Shown here: piece after piece, positions 11,240 to 21,165 of the stretch | Position numbering within the stretch: position 1 is the stretch's first letter | Layout: every line of letters starts with the position of its first letter | Source of the DNA: Thermoplasmatota archaeon | GTDB lineage: Archaea; Thermoplasmatota; Penumbrarchaeia; Penumbrarchaeales; Penumbrarchaeaceae | Length of the DNA stretch: 64,000 bases | Reading direction: 5' to 3' | Assembly: GCA_029762535.1 (NCBI GenBank) | Contig: JARVGK010000002.1 | Span: 1 to 64,000, forward strand | The notes under the pieces: generated by a model | The model's database searches: none | What the model saw: only the letters and a program-made list of their open reading frames with translations | What the model was told of the DNA's origin: nothing | Translations under genes and position numbers: made by a program

Positions 11240-13369
11240 ATGGCAAGGCACGCGGTCCTTGTGATCTCATTCATGGTCCTCTCGCTTCTATTGTTTTTCC
11301 CCAACCCTCAAAACGTCGATGGTAAGATCCAGTCAGCGACCCTTTCGATCGGGACGGCCTTTGAATGGTCCTACAGCCACCGGTCCATCGATGGGTCCTC
11401 CACCAGGAGCGGGACCATGTCATCGACCGTTTCTGAGACCCAGTGGAGGGGATTCGATGCTTTTATTTTCGAGGGATCCCTGACCGGGACCTATTCGACT
11501 CCTTCAGGTTCCGGTACCGAGTCCGGCACATGGATCGAATATTACAGGAAGGTGGACCTGGCCTTCATGGACCATTTCGAGGAGATCGATCTAGTCTTCG
11601 GGATCAATACCGTCACGAACTCGACCAATATCGACCATTCCCCCCCTCTTAGATGGATCGAATTCCCGCTCAGCGTGGAAAGCCCAAAATCCATGTGGGA
11701 CCAGACCGGTGTCAAGACCACCACGGCCTGGGACCGCATCGTCAACGACGATGACGATACCCGGGAATCCGGCTCGTCCCAGGGGACGGAGGATTATACC
11801 TGGGTCTGTGCCACTACCCAGTCGATAACTGTCGGAGCAGGGACCTTCGACACGTACAGGATCGTCGAATGGGTGGAGGACCACCCCGACAACCAGAGAA
11901 CCGAATACCATTACTCCGAAGAGGTGGGATTCTGGGTCCAGAAGGATGTCTGGCTGGATGACGATCAAGGGGATCCGGTTAAAGTGAGGCATTTCGAATT
12001 GAAGAAGCTCTCCAGGAACCTCCCTCCTTACATATCGGGATCCCCTCAGATAACGATGGACGAGGACACCCAGGATTCATCCTTGGACCTATCCTCCATC
12101 TTCGTGGACCCGGATGACGACCCTCTTTCGTTCTCGGTCGTATCCAGCGGGCCTCTCACGGCCGAGGTCCTTGCCGACAACAGGTTGAGCATCACCCCGC
12201 CGGAGAACGCGTTCGGTTCGTTCAACGTCACGGTATCCGCCTCGGACGGGGTCAATGACCCGGTCCACCTCGTGATACCCGTCACGGTCATTTCAGTGGA
12301 CGATCCTCCGGTCCTGTTCAACCCGTATATGGGACCTCTTTCGGGAGATGAGACGACAACTTTCACAATGTCCATCGATCTCACCGATATCGACAGCTTG
12401 GAACCATCCACAGCGGTGGTCCACGTCGGATCCGAATTCTTCGACCTTGCCCGCACATCCGGCGATAACGTCACAGGAATGACACTTTCATGGTCGGGGA
12501 CGCTTCCTTCCGGGGATCACACCCATTATTTCCTCGTGGACGGGGTGAGGCATCCTACCTCCGGAGATATTACCGGACCCACCGTCCTCCCTGCTAAGGT
12601 CCCCTTCCTCAAGGATGGGGGCGTAGATATAGAGGTCGGAGGCCTCTCCACCGAGTTCGAGTTCACCGTCACCTGGGTGGGGCAAAACGGGGAATACCCT
12701 GATGACGTTCATGTTATCATAGACGGTATGAGAAGCGAAATGGACAGACAATACGGCAACCCAAAAACGGGGACGGTATATGCCGCTCAGTTGATACTGG
12801 GAGAGGGGGAGCATTCCTATCATTTCGAGGCGAAGCTGGGAGATGATATTTTTCGCCATCCGGAGAGCAATGAGCTGATAGGACCCGATGTGTATCAGCC
12901 TGAAATTACCGGGACCGGGCATTATCGTTTAGGAGAAGCCATGGTTGGAGTACGATACGGGTTCTATGCTAATTACAGATACGTCATCGACACTTACCCG
13001 GAATCGATACACCTGATCATCAACGGCGATAGGCATGAGTTCGTGAGGTACTCGGGGGATCCGATATCGGGTATGAACTATTCCATGGAGATCACATTGA
13101 GCGAGGGAGAATACCGGATCACGGTCGAGGCATTATGCGACGGGAAGACGCTTGCTGAAGATGAGTACACTCTCATGGTCAAGAGATCCGACGGCGATCC
13201 CCCCCAGAACGATGGCGAGAGTGATCCAAAGGTGAATGCATTGACCATAGTGATAATTGCATCGATCATCATCATTGCGATAATATCCGCAGCAGCGATA
13301 TTATTCCTCCTGAACAGGAAAAAGGTAACAGAGGTCCCGGATACCGTAGAGATGGAAATGGACAGTTAA
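11240..13369 (+). CDS. Membrane-anchored surface protein with cadherin/Ig-like domain
   Basis: Signal peptide, NLPP...FVDPDDDPLSF...VSASDG, C-terminal TM followed by RKK. Confidence 0.8.
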   Translation: MARHAVLVISFMVLSLLLFFPNPQNVDGKIQSATLSIGTAFEWSYSHRSIDGSSTRSGTMSSTVSETQWRGFDAFIFEGSLTGTYSTPSGSGTESGTWIEYYRKVDLAFMDHFEEIDLVFGINTVTNSTNIDHSPPLRWIEFPLSVESPKSMWDQTGVKTTTAWDRIVNDDDDTRESGSSQGTEDYTWVCATTQSITVGAGTFDTYRIVEWVEDHPDNQRTEYHYSEEVGFWVQKDVWLDDDQGDPVKVRHFELKKLSRNLPPYISGSPQITMDEDTQDSSLDLSSIFVDPDDDPLSFSVVSSGPLTAEVLADNRLSITPPENAFGSFNVTVSASDGVNDPVHLVIPVTVISVDDPPVLFNPYMGPLSGDETTTFTMSIDLTDIDSLEPSTAVVHVGSEFFDLARTSGDNVTGMTLSWSGTLPSGDHTHYFLVDGVRHPTSGDITGPTVLPAKVPFLKDGGVDIEVGGLSTEFEFTVTWVGQNGEYPDDVHVIIDGMRSEMDRQYGNPKTGTVYAAQLILGEGEHSYHFEAKLGDDIFRHPESNELIGPDVYQPEITGTGHYRLGEAMVGVRYGFYANYRYVIDTYPESIHLIINGDRHEFVRYSGDPISGMNYSMEITLSEGEYRITVEALCDGKTLAEDEYTLMVKRSDGDPPQNDGESDPKVNALTIVIIASIIIIAIISAAAILFLLNRKKVTEVPDTVEMEMDS

Positions 13370-13438
13370 CCCCTCAAAGCCTCCGGAACGGATCCCCCTT
13401 GTAGCTCCCAGAGGAGATCGCCCTATCTATCTGCGACA
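13368..13438. repeat. 71-bp direct repeat copy 1 (duplicated 3' end of radical SAM gene)
   Basis: Matches 14126-14196 with one mismatch. Confidence 0.92.
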
Positions 13439-13551
13439 TGAAATGCTTCAGTTGTTTCTGTGACCTCTCCACCTATCATCTATATTATGATGTTGAGAAC
13501 TATCCATCATCAAGGTTATTAACTATGGATGTTATGGTAGTTATGAAAACT

Positions 13552-13776
13552 ATGGCATACCGAACCATCAACGTTACGGATGGGACCTACGAACGTCTGG
13601 TCTACTACAAGCATGGCAACATGACCTTCGACGACACCCTCAACAAGCTCATGGACCATATCTCGGAAGAGGATTTTTACAGATCGATCCTCAAGGAGCA
13701 TAAGGGGATAGTTGAAGAGATGAAAAATGGCCAATATATGACGCAAGAGGAATTCGAGGATTATATCGATCAATGA
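13552..13776 (+). CDS. Antitoxin (RelB/VapB-like)
   Basis: RTINVTDGTYERL...MTFDDTLNKL; overlaps the RelE-like gene; start uncertain. Confidence 0.75.
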   Translation: MAYRTINVTDGTYERLVYYKHGNMTFDDTLNKLMDHISEEDFYRSILKEHKGIVEEMKNGQYMTQEEFEDYIDQ

Positions 13777-14084
13777 AAAAATTATGGCGGGGAGGGGTGG
13801 TCATTGTATTTGAACTAAGATATTCGAATAGATTCGCACAACAATCCAAGAACATATTGGGATCCAAGGACCTAAAATTCAAAGAACACCTGATCGAACA
13901 CATAAAGGTATTAGGAGATGACCCCTACCACTCCCGACCGGGGTGTGATATTAAAAAGATAGAAGCCCAAGGGAATAGTTATCGATTGAGGATAGGAGAT
14001 TATCGTGTCATGTATGAGATAGATCCTGAAGAACATGTGGTTTATCTCGTTCAGATCTTTTTTAGAGGCAGAGGATATAGATAG
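13773..14084 (+). CDS. relE: RelE/ParE family toxin
   Basis: YRLRIGDYRVMYEID motif. Confidence 0.88.
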   Translation: MKKLWRGGVVIVFELRYSNRFAQQSKNILGSKDLKFKEHLIEHIKVLGDDPYHSRPGCDIKKIEAQGNSYRLRIGDYRVMYEIDPEEHVVYLVQIFFRGRGYR

Positions 14085-14125
14085 TGACCCGGTCCATCAA
14101 CTAAATTTAGTAATTGAACTTGAAC

Positions 14126-14196
14126 AACCCCTCAAAGCCTCCGGAACGGATCCCCCTTGTAGCTCCCGGAGGAGATCGCCCTATCTATCTGCGACA
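14126..14196. repeat. 71-bp direct repeat copy 2
   Basis: Matches 13368-13438. Confidence 0.92.
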
Positions 14197-15007
14197 GGAT
14201 CCTATCCTTGTCCTGGGGCAATCTCCCGCCTATGGGATGATAATTAGAGGCATGGTTCGCCCTGAACAGACAGTCGGTGAGGGCCGATCCTTCCACGATC
14301 ATCCTGAGCTCTTTTAGGATCCCCTCCGGATCGGGGAGGGTCATTCTCCCGGATCGCACCTCTTCTGCGATGGGGGAGCCCCCCTCAAGGAGCAGGGTGA
14401 GCGCCGCGGCATATTCCGGATCCATCTCCGACAGCACCCTGGCCGTCTCCCGGGCATGTACCTCTGATAGTTCCACGCCCCCCAGCCCCAATATGAATAT
14501 CACCGAAAGGGGGATCCCCGCATCCTTGACCTTCCTCGACGCCTCCATCATCATCTCGGGGGTGGCACCTTTCTTCACCCTCTTCAAGACCTCGCCCGAT
14601 CCGCTCTCGAGACCCAAGTATATCAACGACAGCCCGGCCTTCCTCAAGGCCATAAGCTCGTCCGTGGTCTTCCTCGTTATATCGATCGGGCCTCCGTATA
14701 TGGTCACTCTCTCCAGATGTTCGAAACGGGAGTACAGCAGTTCCAATATCGATAAAAGCTCATCCGTCCCGATGCATAGCGCGTTCCCGTCGGATAGGAA
14801 TATCCTGTCGATGTCGCGATAGTAAGGGAGGACCTTCTCCACATCGGATGCGATCCCCTCGATCCCCTTGACCCTGAACTGCTTCTCGGAGAACATCGTG
14901 CAGAAGGTACATCTGTTCCAGGAACACCCTATGGTCGCCTGGAGTATCAACGATCGGGCCTCTGAGGGCGGGCGATAGACCGATCCCTCGTAGATATCGG
15001 TGAACAT
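14132..15007 (-). CDS. Radical SAM protein
   Basis: YRPPSEA, CSWNRCTFC (CxxxCxxC), ANHASNY. Confidence 0.92.
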   Translation of the reverse strand: MFTDIYEGSVYRPPSEARSLILQATIGCSWNRCTFCTMFSEKQFRVKGIEGIASDVEKVLPYYRDIDRIFLSDGNALCIGTDELLSILELLYSRFEHLERVTIYGGPIDITRKTTDELMALRKAGLSLIYLGLESGSGEVLKRVKKGATPEMMMEASRKVKDAGIPLSVIFILGLGGVELSEVHARETARVLSEMDPEYAAALTLLLEGGSPIAEEVRSGRMTLPDPEGILKELRMIVEGSALTDCLFRANHASNYHPIGGRLPQDKDRILSQIDRAISSGSYKGDPFRRL

Positions 15008-15061
15008 CGATTAGGGTGATCCTTTGATCGGGTTTAAATTCGACCGATGGGAAGTGCGATC

Positions 15062-15655
15062 TCATAGGAAGAGAGGGTCGGGCACATCGACCATTTTGAA
15101 ACCCATTCCCGGCAGGTCCAGGCCGCCCTTTGATGATCCCGGCTGTCTCAACTGGAGCAGCTCGAGGACCATGCCGTTCCTATCCGATACGTCCTTGAGG
15201 AAACTTACGAAATTCCTCACCTTCTCATCGCTGTTGAATATGCATATCTCGTAGAGGTTGTCGAGGACGATCACGTTCACATCGCTCAAATTCAGCTCCT
15301 GTATCTCCACATCGCTCCGGAAAAGATTGAAGCTTGCCGGGACCTCGATCGGCCCGCTAACGTCCATTATCCTGCACTGGGACCCTGTGCGCAGACCCGT
15401 TGAAAGGGTCAGTTCCATGAAATGTATGTTCCTGACCTTGACCCCTCTGCTCATCAACAGCTTCTTGATGAATATATGCGGCCTTCCCACGCAAATGTAG
15501 AGCGCGTTCATCCCCAGATCGTCCACCTGATGCTCCATGAGATGAGTGCTCAGCTGGTTCATGAAGAATGGGGAGAAGCTTATAACGCAGGGAGAACTGT
15601 TTCCGATCCCTGATAGGAGGGATGACAGATCGGCGGGCGCATCCTCCGCGCTCAT
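15062..15655 (-). CDS. Hypothetical protein, possibly an inactive RecA/KaiC-fold partner
   Basis: Coupled to the KaiC-like gene; VIVLDNL strand; no Walker A. Confidence 0.55.
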   Translation of the reverse strand: MSAEDAPADLSSLLSGIGNSSPCVISFSPFFMNQLSTHLMEHQVDDLGMNALYICVGRPHIFIKKLLMSRGVKVRNIHFMELTLSTGLRTGSQCRIMDVSGPIEVPASFNLFRSDVEIQELNLSDVNVIVLDNLYEICIFNSDEKVRNFVSFLKDVSDRNGMVLELLQLRQPGSSKGGLDLPGMGFKMVDVPDPLFL

Positions 15656-16347
15656 TTGAACCCCACCTGCACCGATATCCCCTTCTGGGAAATGTCCATC
15701 GCATGCTTGCCCGTCACATGGTCAGTGCCCCTCATCTTCAGCACTTCGAGATACCTTCTCCTCCCGTCCTGATGCTCGAGGTTGTAAAGAAGGATGATCC
15801 CGTCCGAGGTATAGGCCGGCTCCAGCGGATAAGGCTGGTCCCAGGTGGATTCCCCTGTGAGTATGGAAACCGCCTGCCAGCTCTTGAGCGACTGGGAGAG
15901 GTCGAACACGAACTCCCTGTAGCAGTCCTTGAGCAGCCCGCCAAAAGATGTCACGGGGTCGATGACTATCCTCTGCGGCATGCACTCGATGATCTTCTCG
16001 TCGATGACCTTCTTCAACGCCTCCACCCGGTCCTCGGGCGGGAATTTCGTCTTTATATAAGGGCCCAGGTCCAGATAGGAGATGTTCGTCCCTATGTGCT
16101 CCCTCTTGACGAAGCTGAACCTCGATGTGAACCTGAGCATCCAATTGGTGGGCTCCGAAAGCGTTGTGATGTAGAGGCCTTTCTCCCCCTTCCGGGCTCC
16201 GGCGAACAGGAACTGCATGCAGAAGGTCGTCTTGCCGCATCCGGTGCTCCCGGCAAGAAGCAAGGTGGAGGGGAAAGGGTAGCCCCCTTCGATCATGTCG
16301 TCCAGTCCGCGTATCCCGGATGTGATCCTGAGGAAATCATCGCTCAT
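15652..16347 (-). CDS. RAD55/KaiC-family ATPase
   Basis: ITSGIRGLDDMIEGGYP, GSTGCGKT, RIVIDP, LEVLKMRGT. Confidence 0.92.
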   Translation of the reverse strand: MSDDFLRITSGIRGLDDMIEGGYPFPSTLLLAGSTGCGKTTFCMQFLFAGARKGEKGLYITTLSEPTNWMLRFTSRFSFVKREHIGTNISYLDLGPYIKTKFPPEDRVEALKKVIDEKIIECMPQRIVIDPVTSFGGLLKDCYREFVFDLSQSLKSWQAVSILTGESTWDQPYPLEPAYTSDGIILLYNLEHQDGRRRYLEVLKMRGTDHVTGKHAMDISQKGISVQVGFK

Positions 16348-16491
16348 TTCAACACCGATATGCCCAAATCAGAGCCCGATGCGTACTTAATGATTTTCTC
16401 ATTAGAATCAGTCGATGCCACTCATCCCGGGCTGAAAAACATGTACAGATAAAAACATATATGAATAAGGGAAGTTCATACTATAGGCGGC

Positions 16492-19400
16492 ATGAGCGAC
16501 ATGGCCCCCTGGAGTATCACCCAGTTGCGCACAACGAGTGCGGTCCCGGGTCGTTTGGCGATGACCTTCCTAGTCGTTGCTTTTATTCTTTTTACCTACA
16601 TATCCCTTGAAGGGCACTCCCTCGAGTCCGATGTCATCATCAAAGGAAGCAGCGAGGAAAAGGAATACGTCGTATCCTTCCCTGACGGCGGAGGACTGGA
16701 TCCAAGCATGAAGATGATCGTCCCCGGAGAGGGGCCCATCACCCATGTATCGCTCCTGTTGCAGACCGTGGATGAGGAAAAAGGTCCGGAAACCATTTCG
16801 ATCGATATAGGCCTGGACAACCGCAGGGAATGGTCTTTCGGAGGGGGTGAGTTCGGCAGGTTCGGCGAACAGGTCAACTTCAAGGACGGCGATCCTGTAT
16901 CAAGGGTTATCCCCTCATCGAACGGGGAGGAGGTCTCGTTCCTGCTCCCATGGGATTCGAAGCTGAACTCATCCAGGCTATCGGTCCTTTCCCCTCCTTC
17001 TCCGGAAGGGGGCGAATCCTCCAGGATCGCCGATATCAACTACAACGTGGTATCCGGGGAGCATATCGACTTCGCCGACCTGGACGGTACGAGACCCGAT
17101 GACATCGTCGTTCACGACGTCTCATCCGGAGACATTCTCTGCTATTACCGCAGCGGACCCGCGATCCAGGTCAAGAGGCTCGCCTCAAGCATCAAGAACC
17201 TCATCGCCCTGAGGGCCTTTTCAACGAGCGGAGATACCCCGGGAGGGGTGATCTTCTCCCGGATGGATGACGGATCGTCGTTCCAGGACGTTCACCTGAT
17301 AACCGTGGACAAGGACCTATCATCTTACATTCACAGGATCGGAACCGGCATCGCCGGGGATTCGCCCGCTTTCTCCCTCAGGCAGGCATACGGGGATCCG
17401 CCTTCGATCAAATGCATAACGGGTAACAGGGGAACCGTCTTGAAGATCGTTATAGAGGACGAGCTCGTCCTTGTGAAGGACGTCATTCTGGACACGGGGA
17501 TATCCCTCACGGGAATAACCGAGGCGGACACGGACGGTGACGATGACCTCGACCTCATATTGTGGCCCTCCCGGCTGTCATCCGATAACGTCACGGTGAT
17601 GGAGAACACGGGGAACCTGACCCATCCCATATACGACAAAAGGGATAGTACTCTGAGGAAATATCCCACCACACTATCGCTCCCGTTCGATATTGACGGG
17701 GACGGAAAGGAGGAGGTGTTCCTCGGCCTCGGACAGGGCGCGTCCCCTGCCGTCGCATCGCTCTCAAAGGAAGGACATCTGAGGATAGGATACCTGGGCC
17801 TCAACGACACTTCAGGGTCGTTCAGGGCTCTGGACCGCGACATGTACGGCGACGGCGGCGCATACAGCGGGGGAGAGGGGCTTCTTTATCTGATCACGGA
17901 CCAGGGCATCGTGCACCTGCTCCCGGAGAGCTCGGTTCAGGGCAGATATCTGAGCCGCAGGTCCGGGAGCCCATCGACCCTATCGATCATAACGGACGAG
18001 GAAGACATGGTGAGCTTCCACGGCGGGTCGTCCATAAAGGATTGGGAACTGAAATGGATAGGTTCAACCTCCGCAAGCCTGTCCGGCCACGGAGGCGCGG
18101 GCAAGGTCATAATGGACCCCTCCAAGGCTCAGAACAGAATAGACATAGGCCCCCTTCTCTCGAAGAGGGGGATCGGAGAGAAAGGATATGATGAACACAA
18201 CAACGCCTTCGAGATAATATCTTTCAATTTGACATCAGATGATGGCCATTTCATCTCGTTGAAGGGGTTGAGCTGTTCCTACAGCATATCCCTGGATGCA
18301 TCCTCCTCCGATTCGCTGCTTTCCGGCGTTATCAAAGCAAGGGAGACCTTCGAAGGCGATATTCCCTTCTCCATATCCGCATCCAGCACCGGGACCGTGA
18401 AGGTAGGTCCGTCTCTCATCGTATACGACTCTCCCCCAACTTTGAAGGGGCTCCCCGAGACGGTAGAGCTGTTCGAGGGAGACCCGGATTCTGTCATCAT
18501 CGATCTCAAGGAACACATACTGGACGATTCCGCGGGCCTTGAGGCGGTAAGGACCTCGGCGATGTTCGAAGAGGGCATGCCCGAGGGTCTGCTGTATCTC
18601 GATAACGAGCATCGGCTCCACGCGATGACGGGGACGAATCACGATGCGTTCGGGGAGTTCGACGTCCGCTTCCGCATATCCGACGAGCGCTCCTTTTTGG
18701 TATCTCCCATAGTGAAAATCATCATACACCCGGTCCAGGACGGGCCCAGAGCCATCATCGATATCATAAGTGTATCCATCTTCGAGGGTGAGCCGTTCCA
18801 GATGGACATAACGCCTCTCTTTTACGATCCCGACGGCGATCCGCTGAATTTCGATCTCGAGATCTTGACCGTCGATACTTCCCGGATCGATTCTTTCATC
18901 GAACTGATGGATGATGTAATCTTCATTTTTCTCTCAACGGACGGCATAGGCGGTTCAATGACAGTGATGATAACCGCATCGGACGCCGTCTCGGGCCTTT
19001 CATCCAATATCGAGCTACGCATCGATGTGATCGATGTCGATGCCCCGATGAGGATCGGGGAGAACCCCGGCATGGTGCTGCTGATCGAGGACCAGGAGAG
19101 GCCGACACTTATACCCCTTGACGGATGGTTCGTGGACCCGGACACCCCTCTATACGAGAAGACGTTCAGCGCATATCCGTCACACCCGGACCTCAATGCC
19201 AGGGTCGTCCTCGTCGATGGATCGCCATATCTCTACCTTTTGCCCGTAAGGGACCTCAACGGCTATCATCACGTATGGGTGGACGCCTCCAGCAACGACG
19301 TTCAGGTCTTCGACAGGATACTGGTCAACATCAGACCCGTCAACGATCCCCCGAAATTGACCATAACCTCCTACGAGCCGGATTCGGCCCAGTGGATCGT

Positions 19401-20442
19401 AAGAGGCAGTGTGGAGGACGTCGATTCCAGGACAGGAAGGGTGCAGTTCAGGATCGGGACCGGGCCCTGGAGAGAGGCTGACGGCTGGAAGGAGTTCCAG
19501 TTCTCCATACCTTACGAGGACCTGGATATCGAGGGCAGCCTGGTGAGTATAAGGGCGGACGATCTCGAGGACATCTCTGACACGGAGCTCATGACCCTGG
19601 GGGTGCCCCTTCCGTGGGGACTGCAGTTCATAGATTCCGACGGGGACGGCATAGCCGACCTGTTCGACGAGTTCCCGAACGATCCCAACGAGTGGTACGA
19701 TACGGACGGCGATGGGGTGGGGGACAACTCCGACGCGTTCCCCTTCAATCCTTTCGAGTGGATGGACAGCGATGGCGATGGAGTGGGGGACAACTCTGAC
19801 GCATATCCCTACGATCCGACCAGGTACCTCGAGGAGGTCGTGGAGGACATCCCTCCGAACCGGGCTCCTGACGGCCGGTTGATATGGGCCGCCGGTGGAG
19901 CCATCGGAACGATACTGGGGCTCCTAGTGTTCTTCCTGTTCACCGAGGTCGGGTTCGTCATAGTCGCGACCGCTGCCGCAACGCTTTACTCCAAGCTCAG
20001 CACCAAGGACGTGATGAACCACGAGATCAGGGGGCTGATCAGGGGTTACATAATCGCCAATCCCGGCGATCACTACTCATCCATAAAGAGGAACCTGGAC
20101 CTAAACAACGGCACGCTTGCCTATCACCTCAGGGTCCTGGAGCAGAACGGGTTCGTCAAAAGCCTGTACGACGGCGTGTTCAAGAGGTACTATCCCGCCA
20201 ACGTGAACATCTCGAAGGTCAAGAAGAACGTCTCCAAGCAGGAGGAGGTCTTCAATATCATCTTGGAGCACCCCAACGTCTCGATGGAGGAGATCGGGAG
20301 GATGATAGGCGTCTCGAGGCAGGTCGTCAACTATCATGTGAAGAACCTGATCAGGTCCGGGCTCATTGATTACAGGAGGGACATCCGGTCGGCCAAGTTC
20401 TACGCCGTAGATAACGGCAACGGGCACGAGTTGGAACAGTGA
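16492..20442 (+). CDS. Large membrane-anchored surface protein (FG-GAP, cadherin-like, TSP3 repeats) with cytoplasmic tandem wHTH
   Basis: DxDGDG repeats (DTDGDGVGDNSDAFP), TM near aa 1135-1165, then RGLIRGYIIANPGDHYSSIK...GTLAYHLRVLE. Confidence 0.88.
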   Translation: MSDMAPWSITQLRTTSAVPGRLAMTFLVVAFILFTYISLEGHSLESDVIIKGSSEEKEYVVSFPDGGGLDPSMKMIVPGEGPITHVSLLLQTVDEEKGPETISIDIGLDNRREWSFGGGEFGRFGEQVNFKDGDPVSRVIPSSNGEEVSFLLPWDSKLNSSRLSVLSPPSPEGGESSRIADINYNVVSGEHIDFADLDGTRPDDIVVHDVSSGDILCYYRSGPAIQVKRLASSIKNLIALRAFSTSGDTPGGVIFSRMDDGSSFQDVHLITVDKDLSSYIHRIGTGIAGDSPAFSLRQAYGDPPSIKCITGNRGTVLKIVIEDELVLVKDVILDTGISLTGITEADTDGDDDLDLILWPSRLSSDNVTVMENTGNLTHPIYDKRDSTLRKYPTTLSLPFDIDGDGKEEVFLGLGQGASPAVASLSKEGHLRIGYLGLNDTSGSFRALDRDMYGDGGAYSGGEGLLYLITDQGIVHLLPESSVQGRYLSRRSGSPSTLSIITDEEDMVSFHGGSSIKDWELKWIGSTSASLSGHGGAGKVIMDPSKAQNRIDIGPLLSKRGIGEKGYDEHNNAFEIISFNLTSDDGHFISLKGLSCSYSISLDASSSDSLLSGVIKARETFEGDIPFSISASSTGTVKVGPSLIVYDSPPTLKGLPETVELFEGDPDSVIIDLKEHILDDSAGLEAVRTSAMFEEGMPEGLLYLDNEHRLHAMTGTNHDAFGEFDVRFRISDERSFLVSPIVKIIIHPVQDGPRAIIDIISVSIFEGEPFQMDITPLFYDPDGDPLNFDLEILTVDTSRIDSFIELMDDVIFIFLSTDGIGGSMTVMITASDAVSGLSSNIELRIDVIDVDAPMRIGENPGMVLLIEDQERPTLIPLDGWFVDPDTPLYEKTFSAYPSHPDLNARVVLVDGSPYLYLLPVRDLNGYHHVWVDASSNDVQVFDRILVNIRPVNDPPKLTITSYEPDSAQWIVRGSVEDVDSRTGRVQFRIGTGPWREADGWKEFQFSIPYEDLDIEGSLVSIRADDLEDISDTELMTLGVPLPWGLQFIDSDGDGIADLFDEFPNDPNEWYDTDGDGVGDNSDAFPFNPFEWMDSDGDGVGDNSDAYPYDPTRYLEEVVEDIPPNRAPDGRLIWAAGGAIGTILGLLVFFLFTEVGFVIVATAAATLYSKLSTKDVMNHEIRGLIRGYIIANPGDHYSSIKRNLDLNNGTLAYHLRVLEQNGFVKSLYDGVFKRYYPANVNISKVKKNVSKQEEVFNIILEHPNVSMEEIGRMIGVSRQVVNYHVKNLIRSGLIDYRRDIRSAKFYAVDNGNGHELEQ

Positions 20443-20451
20443 GGGGATATC

Positions 20452-21165
20452 TTGAACATAGGGGTGATCGCGGGGAGCGCCTATCAATTCGGAGATGATG
20501 AGTTCCCTCTCCCGGAGGAGAACGAGTTCGGACAACCCTCCTCCGGGATCCTTACAAAGGACGTGGAGGGGGGGAGGCTCCTCATCCTATTGAGGCACGG
20601 GGACCCGCCACGGATCCCCCCGCACAGGGTGAACCATGCATCCAATGTGAAGTCTCTGATCGACGCGGGAGCGAACATGCTCCTTGGCGTCTGTTCCTCC
20701 GGGGCGCTGCGCCCGGAGATCCCCGTTCCGTGCATCGCCATTCCCGGGGACTTCATAGACCTATGGTCCGGATCCACCATCTTCTCGTCCGGGATATACC
20801 ATGCCACTCCCGCATTCGATAAAGGGCTCATCACAGCCCTTGAGATGGCCGCCGAACATGTGGATGCGAATGTGATGAAGGGAGGGGTGTACATACAGAC
20901 CAGGGGGCCGCGGCTCGAGACGAAGGCCGAGGTCAGGATGCTCTCGTCCTACGGCGACTACGTCGGGATGAACCTGGGCTCCGAGGCATCGATCGCATCC
21001 GAACTGGGCATACCCTTCGCAGGGCTTTTGACCGCGGACAACTACGCGCACGGGGTCAAAGAGGCAGTCCCGGACTTCAGGGACATAATCTCATCATCTT
21101 CCTCGAAGTGGGAACTTCTCTTTGGGATCATCTCCTCCCTTCCTTCCCATCTCGGTTCGGAATGA
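20452..21165 (+). CDS. MTAP-family purine nucleoside phosphorylase
   Basis: IGVIAGS, LRHG...PPHRVN, GPRLETKAE, VGM, DNYAHG. Confidence 0.9.
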   Translation: MNIGVIAGSAYQFGDDEFPLPEENEFGQPSSGILTKDVEGGRLLILLRHGDPPRIPPHRVNHASNVKSLIDAGANMLLGVCSSGALRPEIPVPCIAIPGDFIDLWSGSTIFSSGIYHATPAFDKGLITALEMAAEHVDANVMKGGVYIQTRGPRLETKAEVRMLSSYGDYVGMNLGSEASIASELGIPFAGLLTADNYAHGVKEAVPDFRDIISSSSSKWELLFGIISSLPSHLGSE

